A stretch of 64,000 nucleotides of DNA from Nemertoderma westbladi. Taxonomy: Eukaryota > Animalia > Xenacoelomorpha. The stretch lies in NCBI GenBank assembly GCA_032718475.1, contig JAUCBJ010001382.1, positions 28,843 through 92,842 on the forward strand, written 5' to 3'. The stretch's first letter is position 1. Each line of letters starts with the position of its first letter. A model generated the notes under the pieces. The model was not told the origin of the DNA, searched no databases, and saw nothing but the letters and a program-made list of their open reading frames with translations. Position numbers and translations under genes: made by a program. This document shows positions 45,822 to 58,804 of the stretch, piece by piece.

Positions 45822-46926
45822 TGTAAAGGCTTTTGCGGAATTAGCCGGTTATTTTCCCCGTAAAGTACTCTGTAGTTGGTTTAACAGGCATAAAAGGCCG
45901 TGTCCTTACTGTACTGGTGTTTTAGAGGACATAAAAGCCATTTCTTCTGTATGTGTACTTTAACGGACATAATTAGTAATTCTATGACGCAATACGCCAG
46001 ATCCTCTTGAAACAGTGTAGCTACCATGACGACGGCTAACAGCTGATGCTGTACACGTGGAGCTTGTTCTTTGTTCTCTGTTCCTTCTTTGTTCGGTCGA
46101 CCAATCAGAGCGTTTTTTGCCTCTGTGTTAGAGATTGTATATAGAAACTCGTGGAGTTGAGTCAGTATGTGATTTTGTCCACAGCCTAAGAACACCGGCT
46201 TTGGAACCTCCGTGTTTCAGTCTTTAGCCTAACATTAGTAGGCTTAATTATAGAACGTATATCTGTTATCATACAAACTGATCATAACATCACTGCATTC
46301 ATAACCATTCACACCTTAAACTTTGTACTGCTATTTACTGTCGGTTATTCATTATATTTGTTGATGGAATATTATATTTGGAATACTGATAAATAATCAG
46401 ACACCCCAATCTTCTTGATATACTAAAGGTTAGAGAGACCGGTTACATATAACGATTGCGACTTACATTAAGTGGTTTGAAGTGAATCTAATGCTATTTT
46501 ATAGGCCCGACATGTATTGTCTATTGTTCTCTTTATATGTGACTAAATTTAGTGAAGGTCGGCAGATTAGTGTGCAGCATTGTGCAGTATTGTGTATGAT
46601 TGTGACTGATAACAAAGCATCTCCTAAAGAATGCGCCATATACGTGAATCTATAGCCATCCCGTTGTGTCTAGTTTAAGTCATAACTCTGTTTACATATT
46701 TAGAGCGCCACGTCCTAAAGGAACTGTTAATATTTCCCGAAAGTGAATAATATTTGTCAGAGATTATATATTACGATCAGTCGAATAATACAGTAGGCCT
46801 ACCCCGCAATACGGTTAGGCTTCCGAATCCAGTCTCCCGGGTATATCCAGCGGGTGAATGATCGCGCATAGACTGGCTTCGGCTAATGTAGTGTATCAAA
46901 TACTTGTCATAGGCTAAAGACGATCT
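45822..46926 (+). mobile_element. Probable LTR (5' part), truncated by the LINE; possibly the 5' LTR of the second Bel/Pao element
   Basis: Similarity to the 35.6-kb paralogue stops exactly at TGTAAAGG; non-coding. Confidence 0.45.
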
Positions 46927-47107
46927 ATTATTTTATTATTCTTTATTCCAGGCCGAGGCCCATAAAAACAGATTACATATATTATTTATTAAGCACAATT
47001 GTTTGGAGATATTAAAATATGTACAGTACAAATAGTAAGCCTACCCTACCAACTAATCCAAATGTTCTTACATAAAACATAAAACACGATATACATAATA
47101 TAGATTA

Positions 47108-48385
47108 CTATAAAATAATACGTGTGTACTGATGACACCAAATATTAGCAGTCGAAACAAGCAAATTGTTAGAAGAAGAGATTCTTCGTAATAAACTTTG
47201 CTTATTTTTATACAGAATGTGAATGAACATTGGAAGATTAAGCTGCCCGAACATTAAAGAGATACTCGTGGGCTCATCCTCAGTAAATCGAGGTATTTTA
47301 AATAATAGTCGCAAGCAGTTATTATAAGCCACTCTAAGTTTATTGTAGGCACTTTGTGAATAATTACTTCTAGACCATAAGCTACAACAGTATATAGGTG
47401 TACAAAAAGCACGAAATAATAGAATTTTAACATTTGTGGATGCATTACCAAATTTCCTAAGTAGAGTGTTTGCACGTGCATATAAAGAATGAGTTTGCTT
47501 AATTATATCACAATCATCATCAGTATTAGAGCACAGGAGATGTCCTAAGTATGAAAATCTATCTACAATATCAATGTAAGAACCGTATAATTTAATTCTG
47601 GAATAGAGTGTAACTGTGTAGGACTTGGGAATGAAATAAATACATTTACTTTTTTTAGTGTTAAATATAATAGAATTATCGAGAGCATAAGCTACAGAAA
47701 TATTAACTAGATTTTGTAAACCATGTATTGAGTTTGAAATGAGACATAGGTCGTCCGCATATATAATGTGGTTAATTCTTGTAGAGCCTAGACAGCAACC
47801 GGTTCCGCTACTAGTTAACGCTAAGCTTAAATCGTCAACATAAACGTTGTAAAATAGAGGTGATAGGATGCCACCCTGACGAGTTCCATTAGTTACATTA
47901 AATTCGGGTGACAATATGCCATTCCAACAGACACGCAACAGTTGGTTACGGTACCAGAAATGTATAACACGCACAATATAAATAGGGACACCTCTATTAA
48001 TTAGCTTATTAAAAAGTTTGTAATGGTTGACCCTATCAAAGGCTTTTGAGGCGTCCAACATACAAACATAGATACACGAATTGTTACATAGGTAATAATT
48101 AATTATTTCTTTAAGAGTATATATGCATAACTCAGTTCCTGATTTAGTTTTAAATCCGAATTGGTTGCTAGTGGTAATTAAATGATCTACACATCGTTCT
48201 AGAATTACCTTCTCGACCACCTTACTAAGGATAGTTGAAAGGGCAATTCCACGATAGTTATCCTTACTGTTTAAAGCAGCGGTCCTATCTTTTACAAGTG
48301 GTATAATGGTGGAAGCCATCATTTCAGCTGGCATATAGTTGTGTGTAAACATAGCATTAATTAAAATGCAAATTGCACGAATCAA
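47108..48385 (-). CDS. LINE ORF2, RT half (frameshifted relative to the EN half)
   Basis: NYRGIAL, NQFGFK, LDASKAFDRV, RQGGILSP, YADDL and YLGH. Confidence 0.9.
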   Translation of the reverse strand: MIRAICILINAMFTHNYMPAEMMASTIIPLVKDRTAALNSKDNYRGIALSTILSKVVEKVILERCVDHLITTSNQFGFKTKSGTELCIYTLKEIINYYLCNNSCIYVCMLDASKAFDRVNHYKLFNKLINRGVPIYIVRVIHFWYRNQLLRVCWNGILSPEFNVTNGTRQGGILSPLFYNVYVDDLSLALTSSGTGCCLGSTRINHIIYADDLCLISNSIHGLQNLVNISVAYALDNSIIFNTKKSKCIYFIPKSYTVTLYSRIKLYGSYIDIVDRFSYLGHLLCSNTDDDCDIIKQTHSLYARANTLLRKFGNASTNVKILLFRAFCTPIYCCSLWSRSNYSQSAYNKLRVAYNNCLRLLFKIPRFTEDEPTSISLMFGQLNLPMFIHILYKNKQSLLRRISSSNNLLVSTANIWCHQYTRIIL

Positions 48386-48420
48386 ATTATAGGAGAAACC
48401 GTTGATAAAGTGTTCAGCCG

Positions 48421-49893
48421 TTACCTCATCGTTTCTTTAAACGTGACATGAGATAAATTAATATCATTATTACTGACAGATGTATTAAAAATAGATTTAC
48501 CGGTGTCATCATGTACACAGTTAAATAGGTTTTTAAAATGGTTACCCCACATGGTACTGATATCATTGGAACCAATTGAATCGCCTATTTTATTGGGCAG
48601 TTTTGGCTTACAATTAGAGTGACTTCTAACCTGAGACCAGAAGTCCTTTGACGAATCATCAGTGAGTAGTGAATTGGCCATTTTATCGGTTCTAATGGTA
48701 GCTTCACTACGTTTACACTGACGCATAGCACGCTTAAAGCGAGCTTTAGTACTTAAATATTCCTGAAAAATTTCACCCTGCCGAGGGTTTCCGCAACTTC
48801 GCCATAACTTAAAAGCAGTTCTAGACTGTCTATAATATTCTTTCACGTTGTCATTCCAACCTGGGATGTGTTGGTCTGACAACGTGGCATTACTATGTGA
48901 GTTGTTTTTGATATATGATTTACTAGAACTAAGTAAAGTACTATTAATATTCTGGTACAATGAATCAATTTCAGCCTGATGAGAGTTACAATGCACGTTA
49001 TTGCAATTGATTAGATTATTATAATAATTGCTACTATCGAGCATATTACCAAGTGCGATATTAACATTGTCCGCATAGCCGGCAATGTTACTGGAGCTAT
49101 GCTGCCAGTCGAAACGAGGTGGCACGGGCCGATTCTCATTACTGCCAGTAGAAACCGGTACAGGCGCGACTGTACACGGAAGAGTTAAGAATATCGGCAT
49201 ATGGTCTGAGATAGACAGATCATAGACAATCTTAATATCATTTATTAGATATGCACTCGAATTAGAAATTGCAACATGATCTAACCAAGAAATGGTTCCA
49301 TGAGCATCGCTCACAAACGTATAAGAATCCCTGGGTAGCAAATTAACATCCGCCACTGTAATATTTACTGAATCGCACCATTGTATTAATTCGTTAAAAA
49401 TAGGACGTGTAGGGTCGGCATTAAAATCCCCAATTATAATACAGTTTGAATATTGCTCCGTTTCTAAAAGTGAGGCCAACTTCCCAAGACATTGTCTGTA
49501 CAAGTCATGGTTGTCAGGGCAATCGTATGGTAAATATATATTTATTATTAATAATTTATCGTTATTTAAGAGGTTAATCTTTGCGCCTAAAATTCGCGAA
49601 TCATTAAAATCAACAATCTCAAGTGAATGCGCCATAGATTTGCGCCATAAAAATCCAAGACCACCTGCAGGCCTACCGCGAAGCAGACCGTCAGAGTAGT
49701 CGGTGGAGGAAAAGCCGCGCCCTTCAAATTCCTTATGTAGATTGTTCATTATGCCAAGTTCCTGCTTTGGGAGTTGGAGCTCTTGCAGAAGCAAGAGATC
49801 CGCGTCCCTACACAGCTCATTGATAACAGTCCTCGAGTGAGCGTTCCGGACTGAGTTGCAGTTAAATGAAGAAATTTTTATGTTATTCGCCAT
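48421..49893 (-). CDS. LINE ORF2, APE endonuclease half
   Basis: SFNCNS, LLLQE, NIYLP, GDFNAD, WLDH and SDH catalytic motifs. Confidence 0.9.
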   Translation of the reverse strand: MANNIKISSFNCNSVRNAHSRTVINELCRDADLLLLQELQLPKQELGIMNNLHKEFEGRGFSSTDYSDGLLRGRPAGGLGFLWRKSMAHSLEIVDFNDSRILGAKINLLNNDKLLIINIYLPYDCPDNHDLYRQCLGKLASLLETEQYSNCIIIGDFNADPTRPIFNELIQWCDSVNITVADVNLLPRDSYTFVSDAHGTISWLDHVAISNSSAYLINDIKIVYDLSISDHMPIFLTLPCTVAPVPVSTGSNENRPVPPRFDWQHSSSNIAGYADNVNIALGNMLDSSNYYNNLINCNNVHCNSHQAEIDSLYQNINSTLLSSSKSYIKNNSHSNATLSDQHIPGWNDNVKEYYRQSRTAFKLWRSCGNPRQGEIFQEYLSTKARFKRAMRQCKRSEATIRTDKMANSLLTDDSSKDFWSQVRSHSNCKPKLPNKIGDSIGSNDISTMWGNHFKNLFNCVHDDTGKSIFNTSVSNNDINLSHVTFKETMR

Positions 49894-49992
49894 TGTTCAG
49901 AGTAATATTAAAAAGAGATATATACAAATTTAAATTAGAAAAATAAAAACAAAAGAAAAAAAAAACAACAATACACAATAAATAATCACATT

Positions 49993-51441
49993 CTATCGGG
50001 ACCCTGAGTCCTCTGAATTAGCCAGAACATCATAACTGTTAGCCGTATTAGTAGGCGCAGCTGGGACAGTATTTATACCCTTAGGGGAAACCGAGACTGC
50101 ACCAGTACTGCTGGTACCATCGCCTCCTAGAGAGTGTTCGAGATCGGTAACATTTGGACTTTTCGTCCTTTCGGGGAGACTCCTCCTCGGTGGGAAGTAC
50201 GTGTTGATCGTCGCATTAGTAGGCCATGTATCCGGTTCCATCAGCTTCTCCCTCTCACTGGCCATACAGGTTATAACGAATGCTGACTGACGAGCTCTCG
50301 ATATCGGAGCACGTTCGCAGGTAATATCGAAACCGCAGCTATCCTTGATGTGTTTCGTAATAGTACTAGGTTCGACACCCTCGCAACATCCTGCAAGGTA
50401 GAGTTTCCGAGTCGGTTGGATGGTGGGAAAGGCAGTGGAGGAACTGGATCCTCTTACACACTGACTACGTCGCAATGGGCGGCGCTGATGAGAAGTCGTA
50501 CCAACAGCAGTAGCGGCCAAAGCCCGAACTTGGCCGCGGCGAGGACGAGCCGGACGATGGCGACCATCCGCTCCAACTGGAATGTAATCAGAGTCGGCAG
50601 ATGAGTCTCGGTTGAGCCGCAACCGAGAAATGTGTGGTGGGGTGGCCGAAGCGGCAGCCAGTCGACTGGTACTGGCAGCGACTTCTGCCCAAGGCCTAGT
50701 TGAGGCGCTACTAGGCAGTCGGTTATTGCCAGGTGGCGGAGCAGGATCCGTAGATGCCGGTACCGGTACAACATCCCGTGCCTGTCTCGATTCAGACAGA
50801 TTCTGACAGGACCTATTCCTAATCGTATTCGTATCAGGTAGAACACCAGTAGGCCTACCGGTAGTGGAATCACCAGAAGTAACTGTGGTTGTGGGTCTGT
50901 TGCTGTTCCTAACAACATTATCAGCATTATTTTGGAGATTGACACAGACAGATTCAACTACTGCTAACCTGTCCTGTAGCATACTGACCGACCTGAGCAG
51001 TAGAGCGACGCCGGCATCGCACAGCGAGAAAGGAGGGAGAATAGTGAGATCCTTAGGAACAAATTCCTTGCAGGTTGAGGGTTCATTCTGAAGATCGATA
51101 TAAGCAGGGTAGTCAAAGACATCCAACATGTCTACGACTAAATTACGGCGCAGAGAATTACCATTGCACCGTTTAGTCCAGAACGACTGCTTATGAGCGT
51201 CCCTATCTGAGCTGGGAAGGAGACCCAGCAACAGCTGTTTGGATTCTCTTAACATGTCGTCCGTAAACTTAGGCCACGGTTGAACCGTTTCTACGATACC
51301 ATCTCTGTGAAATCCCTTAATATGGGACGACCAAAGATAAGCCAATATATCATTCCTGATATGGCAGCAGTTGGATGCCGCCATCCTCCAAGATCCTCCA
51401 AGAGTTGTCAATCGTTGACGTATATGCGTTACCACAAGCAA
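49993..51441 (-). CDS. LINE ORF1 (coiled coil + RRM-like C-terminal domain)
   Basis: Lies upstream of ORF2; RKLYLAG...SAFVIT...LMEPDTWP motif. Confidence 0.8.
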   Translation of the reverse strand: MLVVTHIRQRLTTLGGSWRMAASNCCHIRNDILAYLWSSHIKGFHRDGIVETVQPWPKFTDDMLRESKQLLLGLLPSSDRDAHKQSFWTKRCNGNSLRRNLVVDMLDVFDYPAYIDLQNEPSTCKEFVPKDLTILPPFSLCDAGVALLLRSVSMLQDRLAVVESVCVNLQNNADNVVRNSNRPTTTVTSGDSTTGRPTGVLPDTNTIRNRSCQNLSESRQARDVVPVPASTDPAPPPGNNRLPSSASTRPWAEVAASTSRLAAASATPPHISRLRLNRDSSADSDYIPVGADGRHRPARPRRGQVRALAATAVGTTSHQRRPLRRSQCVRGSSSSTAFPTIQPTRKLYLAGCCEGVEPSTITKHIKDSCGFDITCERAPISRARQSAFVITCMASEREKLMEPDTWPTNATINTYFPPRRSLPERTKSPNVTDLEHSLGGDGTSSTGAVSVSPKGINTVPAAPTNTANSYDVLANSEDSGSR

Positions 51442-51870
51442 TGGGCAGTAGAGTTCGGAGTTAGACCGGACCGGTAAGCCGGTCTGCCGGTTTTAGTGAG
51501 GAGTACAGTTCAGCAGTTCAGCAGTTAGTACAGTACACCTATTACCTAGTACACTATTATCTAGAAGACATCCCAATTTGGCAGGTTAAACTGCTAAAGG
51601 TCTGAAAGCGCGAACAATAACAGATATAGCTTCTGTATTGCAGTAGGCAATAAAGCTGAAGTACCGGCAACCGGTACCCAGTAGGCCTGACTACCTAACC
51701 ACCCGGACCGGTACCTACAGCAGTACAGGTACAGCAGTATTATTCGATTTTGATAATTATATACCGGTAGGCCTTAATAATTAATCAGGGACGGCCGCTC
51801 TGGTTTTTTGTTGGGGTTTTACTTATTTCTGTCAAGTTTTATTTGTTTGTTTGTTTATGTGTTTATTTGT

Positions 51871-53173
51871 TTGGAAGGATGTCCCAAGTTAATGGCGTTA
51901 AAGTTTATTGGACATCCAGACGGATTAAGACAAGTTTGGGATACACTAAACATCAGGTATGGTAATAGGAATAACATAGCTAGATATTTGTATGCAAAAT
52001 TAGTAGCGCCCCGAAAGTTCATTAGCAGCGGGATAATAGAGTTTTCCGATGAGATTCAAGAGATCTGTAGACAATTAGATTGGTTAGGTAAGTCTCATGA
52101 ATATCAGAGTTCTATGGTTATTGGAGCCGTGGCTTCTACTTTACCGAAAGGTGGAGTAGGTACACGCTGGGATAAGAAAGTGTTATATATGATGGAACAA
52201 CAACGACGAGACCCTACCATGGCTGATCTCATGTCATTCTTAGATGGAGAAGTGAAATTACAGCTCCTAAAACAGTCCAGAGAGAAGACACCGGAAAACA
52301 AGGTAAGTGAGAAACCCGTTTCTAGGAGAAAGGTAACACCAGTGTGTTATGCAGACGACGGCGAAAGCCAGACTTCTCAAGGAGAGGATAGCGGGAAAGA
52401 CACTGAAAGATCTTATTATGTCAATAAAGCGCCTAAGGACGTAAGTAAATTCAAGTCTCGAACCAATGACAGGAGAGAACAGGTAAGAAAAATTCCTCCT
52501 ACGTCTCCTAAGAGAATTCATGTAAGAAAGCCCGAGGAAAGAACGAGTGTGCACAACGTTACCCAGAGTAAGGTAAGTAACATCAAACCAAAATGTGTGC
52601 TGTGCGACGGGCCCCACCGTTTAAATGCGTGTGATGAATTCCTGAGGAAATCACTAAAGGATAGACGTGAAGTCATGTGGGATAAGCGGTTGTGTTATAA
52701 TTGCCTCAGACGAGGACACCAACGGCGAACCTGTTACTCCGACGCAAGGTGTGCAAAGTGCGGCGCAAAACATCATATCTTGTTGCACACTGAATTCGAA
52801 CGAAACAGCCCGAGTCAGGTAAGTGAGTCCGAACTACATGTCCAATTCAGTGATGTGAACGACACTGACCAATGTTCTGAGATGGAAGGATTCTATACGG
52901 ACGAATTCTCCGACGAAAACGAATCCTGTTACCTGATAAATACCGCAGTGTATCGAGCACTTACGTATGAAAAGGACACCGACAGCGAGCTCCCCCCAAC
53001 TACTTCTGACCGACAACCATCTTGGAAAGCACCAACTTCCAATATAGGAATCCGAGAATTTCCCATAGTGCAGTTAAGGGTCCACGGACCTACAAGGAGT
53101 TATATAGTTAACGCCCTCCTTGACTCATGTAGCACAGGAACATTCTAGACTAGCCGAAGACATCTTTGCTGGA
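51871..53173 (+). pseudogene. Partial copy of Bel/Pao gag/NC/protease (duplicate of about 56349-57652)
   Basis: Near-identical sequence; CVLCDGPH, CYNCLRRGH and CAKCGAKHH knuckles are intact in this copy. Confidence 0.9.
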
Positions 53174-56100
53174 TTAGGTCTTAATATCAGTTGGACTACT
53201 GCTTAAATAACGGTAATAAAGTAAGGTAAAGTAACCAAGTAACCCTAAAATTCAGAAATTCAATTATTCTAAAATAATTGACATACCGGTATTTACGATA
53301 GGCTTATTATATTTATTTCTATAAATTTAGGCTGAAATTATACCGGTATTCTGTAATTAATTCTAGTCCATAATTATACTTATATATACTATAAGTGTAA
53401 GCTGTATACCAGTATTCACGATAGGCCTATTCTATATTTATATATTTGTGCTGAAATTGTATACCGGTATTCTGTGACAAACCTAGTCTGTAATAATTAT
53501 ACTTATATATACTATAAGTGTAAGCTGTATACCGGTATTCACGATAGGCCTATTATATATTTATATATATTTGTGCTGAAATTATATACCGGTATTCTGT
53601 GACAAACCTAGTCTGTAATAATACTTATATATATACTATAAGTGTATACCGGTATTCTAATATATTGTATATATATCACGTTACATAGAGTAACGATATC
53701 AGTAATTAATTACTAGGCTAACGGTGATACTGAATTACTAGACTTGCTTAAACTGTAATATAGCAGTAGGCATTCAACTGTACAAACAAACATGTCTGAC
53801 ACAAAGCAAAACCTGTCAGACAGTCTCCTAGATACAACCATCTGTGACCCAGACAGGAGTGTGGAACGTGTGAGACCGAAGTTCAACTCACCTCCTATTG
53901 TAAGAAGATCATCCCTCCAGTAGTAGTATCAGACCCTAGGCTAGTCCAACACCGTAGGTCTATCATAGGCACTCGAGCTCAGGTCAAGCGGGACCAAGAA
54001 GCAGCGGAACAGCAGCAACACTCGAGCCGAGAACTTATTTCTCAGCGGCCCGACAGCTCCAGTAGTGCGGATACTGTAGAGCTGACACCCGAGCGCGGAG
54101 CAAAGATGGCAGATGCGGTTTATTCGGATCCCCTTCTCATCCTTCCTACAGCCGTACTCACTAGGGTATTGATTGCGGTGGAGGAACACCAGATTGATTG
54201 GGCGAGAAGTAAGCGATCGACCAAGGATAGTTATGCGGGATACACAATGGAAGAACTGAAGTCTATTGTCGAGTCACAATGGAACTTCCCCGGACCCGGA
54301 CTCCCGTTTGACTTATCGGAAGCTTCCTGGGAAGACATACACAGGATGGGAGTGACAAAAGAAAACAGCGATCCAGCTGTGTGGAAGAGGTCAGCAGCAG
54401 GATACGTACAGGGATTCTTCAGCTCTATGGAGCGATTAGAGGAACAACTGTTTCGACAACCACAAGGACCTCAAGAGCAGGGAGAGCTGCTTTATCAAGT
54501 TAGAGAAAGAATTCTAAGAATCAGACTAATCTTATCGGCCTTTGAGGAGGCTTCGAAAAGAAGACAAGACACGTCATTGCAAGTTGCCGTAAAGACTTGG
54601 TTTCAGCGGGTGAGTCTCAAAGTTCAAGGAACTGCCCCGTGGAAATCTCAGTTGGCTGAGCGCTCAACCCATGGAGAATCAACAGACGCTACCTTTTCCC
54701 AAGTGGAAAGTGAAGTGACAGCAGAAAAACCGCATAAGAGGGATGCTATTGACATCTATCTGTCAGACTATCAACGATTTGTAGGTGACAAAGAGTTGAG
54801 GAGACGGCTGTCTGAACTTCGCCCTAATAGTGAAGGAGCCAAGCTTGTGTTGGACGCAATCGATGCGGATATGATAGCTGCGAACCAAGCTAAATTTGAT
54901 GAACGCCTCCGCATCGCTAGAGTCCAAGAAGAACAAGTAAAGAAAAAACGAATAGAAGACAGAAAGACAGCAGCAGCGGCAGTGGCAGCGGCAGAAGCAG
55001 AAAGAAAAGTGGCAGAAGTGGAAAGAAAAGCGGCAGAGGCAGCGGCAGAGGCAGCGGCAGAGGCAAAAGTGGCAGCGGGAGAAGCAGAAAGAAAAGTGGC
55101 TGAAGTGGAAAGAAAAGCGGCAGAGGCAGCGGCAGAGGCAAAAGCGGCAGCGGCAGAAGCGGAAAGAAAAGCGCAGAAGCGGAAAGAAAGCGAGCAGTGG
55201 CAGAAGCAGAACGAAGAGCATCTGAAGAGACCACCCAACTAGAGTTGGAAAATATTCAAGAGAATCAAGACTGCATAAATAAACAGTTAACAGCTAGTCA
55301 TATGCAGATGATGAATCGATCTACTCCCAAAAGACAGGGATATACATCATCTGATGAAGGCGATACCACCGATCCTGAAGGCGGAGGAAATAGATCTCGT
55401 TTAAGCAGACGTAGAAGAATGTCCCACCGTCAGAAATTGCCTGATTTGCCCCCAGCTGTTAGAAGGCAACTAACTAACACAGACTTAGGTAGTACAGAAC
55501 CCACAGACCAAATAATTAAAATAGAAAGACTCCCTACTATAGTAGATGAGCCTGAAATAATTAGGCCTGTTCTCGAAGCTACCCCTTCGGTGATAGAAAC
55601 ACCTGTACTCCCAGAACCTACCTCTAAATTCCCTTTGCACAGCACTAAACTACCTGTGCCCCACAGAACAACCCCTGAGATAGTTCCTGTCCTGGACACC
55701 GAGCGAAATATCAATGATTTGTCGCCCGTTGTCCCTCGTCTGCCCGCTACTATGTTGGCGGTTCCCGCTTCGGCGGTCGAGTGGGTGGATGAGGGGTGGC
55801 GGGGGATGAATCTCCTGCTCGGGCAGATGCAGGAGACTGTTCATCAGTTTAAGGGAACAGTAAGGGAAAGTAGGTTAGAGTTGCAAGAAGTGCAGCAAAG
55901 TATCGCGTTAGAACGCGATAAATTAGTAAATACACAAAAGGGTATACCACCACCCCCTGTAACAATGTGTCAACCTGTTAGGTCTGAAGTATTTCATGCG
56001 CAAGGTGTGGAGCCTACACGCATCTATACTGCTAGTGAAGTGGAAACTCCTATAGTAAATCCTATTAAGGGTAATTATAAACCTGTTGACAATGATATTC

Positions 56101-58804
56101 CATATAGACTTGATAATAATCCGAGAAATTTATATACCGATAACTCGATATTAAATAACACGATGGCCCAAGAAAGTTTTACGCGTCAAATGGCTAGAAC
56201 CGAAGCCCGTCAAGCGGTAAAGGTGGGAGAGATCGTCAAGTTCAATGGAGATGAGATGAAATGGTTACCTTTTAATGAATATTACAAAGATAACATACAG
56301 AACTCTGTGCTATCTAACAGAGAGAAACTGAGATTCCTCATCGAGTGCTTGGAAGGATCTCCCAAGTTAATGGCGTTAAAGTTTATTGGACATCCAGATG
56401 GATTAAGACAAGTTTGGGATACACTAAACACCAGGTATGGTAATAGGAATAACATAGCTAGGTATTTGTATGCAAAATTGGTAGCGCCCCGAAAGTTTAT
56501 TAGCAACAGGATTATAGAGTTTTCCGATGAAATTCAGGAGATCTGCAGACAATTAGATTGGCTAGGTAAGTCTCATGAATATCAGAGTTCTATGGTTATT
56601 GGAGCCGTGGCCTCTACTTTACCTAAGGGTGGAGTAGGTACACGCTGGGATAAGAAAGTGTTATATATGATGGAACAACAACGACGAGACCCTACCATGG
56701 CTGATCTCATGTCATTCTTAGATGGAGAAGTGAAATTACAGCTCCTAAAGCAGTCCAGAGAGAAGACACCGGAAAACAAGGTAAGTGAGAAACACGTTTC
56801 TAGGAGAAAGGTAACACCAGTGTGTTATACAGACGACGGCGAAAGCCAGGCTTCTCAAGAAGAAGACAGCGGGAAAGACACTGAAAGATCTTATTATGTC
56901 AACAAAACGCTTAAAGACGTAAGTAAATTCAAGTCTCGAACCAATGACAGGAGAGAACAGGTAAGAAAAACTCCTCCTACGTCTCCTAAGAGAATTCAGG
57001 TAAGAAAGCCCTAAGAAAGAACGAGTGTGCACAACGTTACTTAAAATAAGGTAAGTAACATCAAACCGAAATGTGCGCTGTGTGACGGGCCCCACCGTTT
57101 GAATGTGTGTGATGAATTCCTAAAGAAATCATTAAAGGATAGACGTGAAGTCATGTGGGATAAGTGGTTGTGTTATAATTGCCTCAGACAAGGACACCAA
57201 CGGCGAACCTGTTACTCCGACGCAAGGTGTGCGGTGCGAAACATCATATCTTGTTGCACACTGAATTCGAGCGAAACAGCCCGAGTCAGGTAAGCGAGTC
57301 CGAACTACATGTCCAATTCAGTGATGTGAATGACACAGACCAAAGTTCTGAGATGGAAGGATTCTATACGGACGAATTCTCCGACGAAAACGAATCCTGT
57401 TACCAGATAAATACCGCAGTGTATTGAGCACTTACGTATGAAAAGGACACCGACAGCGAGCTCCCCCTAACTACTTCTGACCGACAACCATCTTGGAAAG
57501 CACCAACTTCCAATGTAGGAATCCGAGAATTTCCCGTAGTGCAGTTGAGGGTCCACGGACCTGAAAGGAGTTATATAGTGAACGCCCTCCTTGACTCCGG
57601 TAGCACAGGAACATTCATCGACAAAGAACTAGCCGAAGACATCTTTGCTGGACAACCCAAGTTCCAAACTAAGTTAAACATGTCAGGAATTATGCAGGTT
57701 TGGAAATCTACAGTAATAGCAGATTATTATGTAGGTGCGTTGTCCACCCCCCAGGATGAACTAGGAGAACACAGTATAAGGTCAGTAAAAATGGTGGCGA
57801 TAAAGAACTTCGCTACCAGCCAAGTAGAACCTTATAACTGGGATGAGGACGATTTCACCCAGCAGCTTAAGATACCTAGATTCAACACAGACTACCCTGG
57901 AGTGCAAATACTCATCGGCCAAAATGCGCATGAGGCGCTTGAGACATTGGAGAAACGGCCTGCTCAACCGCAACCACTACAAGCCTATGCGGGAAGAATT
58001 AGAGTAGGTTGGTACTTTACTGGCCCTTCCTGTAGAACTCTCATGGAAAGGTTACCAAAAGAACGGGTATACCAAGTAAGTGAATGGGAAGCAGAGAGCA
58101 GTGAGGTAGACGACCCAACTGAGGGAACACCATACTCCTCAGATAATGACGATATTAACTCCAATGTAGATCAATGGAGACATTGCCCCGAGACGATTAA
58201 TCTAGCCGACATCGCTTCCAGAGGAGCAACTCCTCAAGAACTGACAGATACTCCAGACTGGTTAGGTGGACCCGACTTCCTAAGTAAAGAAGATGAATGG
58301 CCTCCCCATCTTACCACGGCTGAGATTAGACAAGCCAAGGGAGCGGAGAAAGTCAAACCTAAAACCCGGATGAGTAAATCAAGGTTATTTAAACCCGTAA
58401 TAGATCTGTCTGTACTACACATTGCCAGGGACAACACTGTGGATCTAAACTCCCCCACCGCGAACCGATCTGTTGTAGAGATCAGAGAGAGAGACTGGAG
58501 ATCTGGAACACCAGACGTCTCGCCGGGACTCTCACCTCTCCTGCCGGGAGCGATGGACCACTATAGATCCTGGAATCGGCTTTGTAAGGCCGTCGTGTAT
58601 TTGAAGCGATGTTTCTATCGTCACTATTCCAGGATGAAGAGGAAACCTGGAATTGTATTCGAAACACAACAACTCAATCTCCCAGTTGGTCGTTTATGTT
58701 TACTGGAAAGAGACCGAGAACTGTCCGGAAACTATGGAAGGCAAGATACTCTTCCCACGACCACCTCCCTAATCCAACAAACATCTAGGGACTCCCCAAT
58801 GTAA
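53174..58804 (+). mobile_element. Second Bel/Pao element, decayed: 5' UTR with about 120-bp repeats, frameshifted gag, protease; RT and most of RNase H deleted
   Basis: ORFs 54106-55242, 55197-57014 and 57539-58804; KFNGDEMKW, EKLRFLIECL and ALLDSGSTGTFI; jumps to QWRHCPETINLADIASRG at about 58170. Confidence 0.85.

Larger units (their letters stand above)
46927..51870 (-). mobile_element. Near-full-length two-ORF LINE (APE type; RTEX/CR1/L2-like)
   Basis: ORF1, A-rich spacer, EN-RT ORF2, and AATAAA plus a (TAA)-rich tail at about 46927-46947. Confidence 0.9.

Noticed and set aside
51808-51870. Signal peptide or TM segment at the start of the 446-aa ORF
   Set aside because: It is T-rich non-coding sequence from the adjacent LINE end, fused by chance to a gag fragment.
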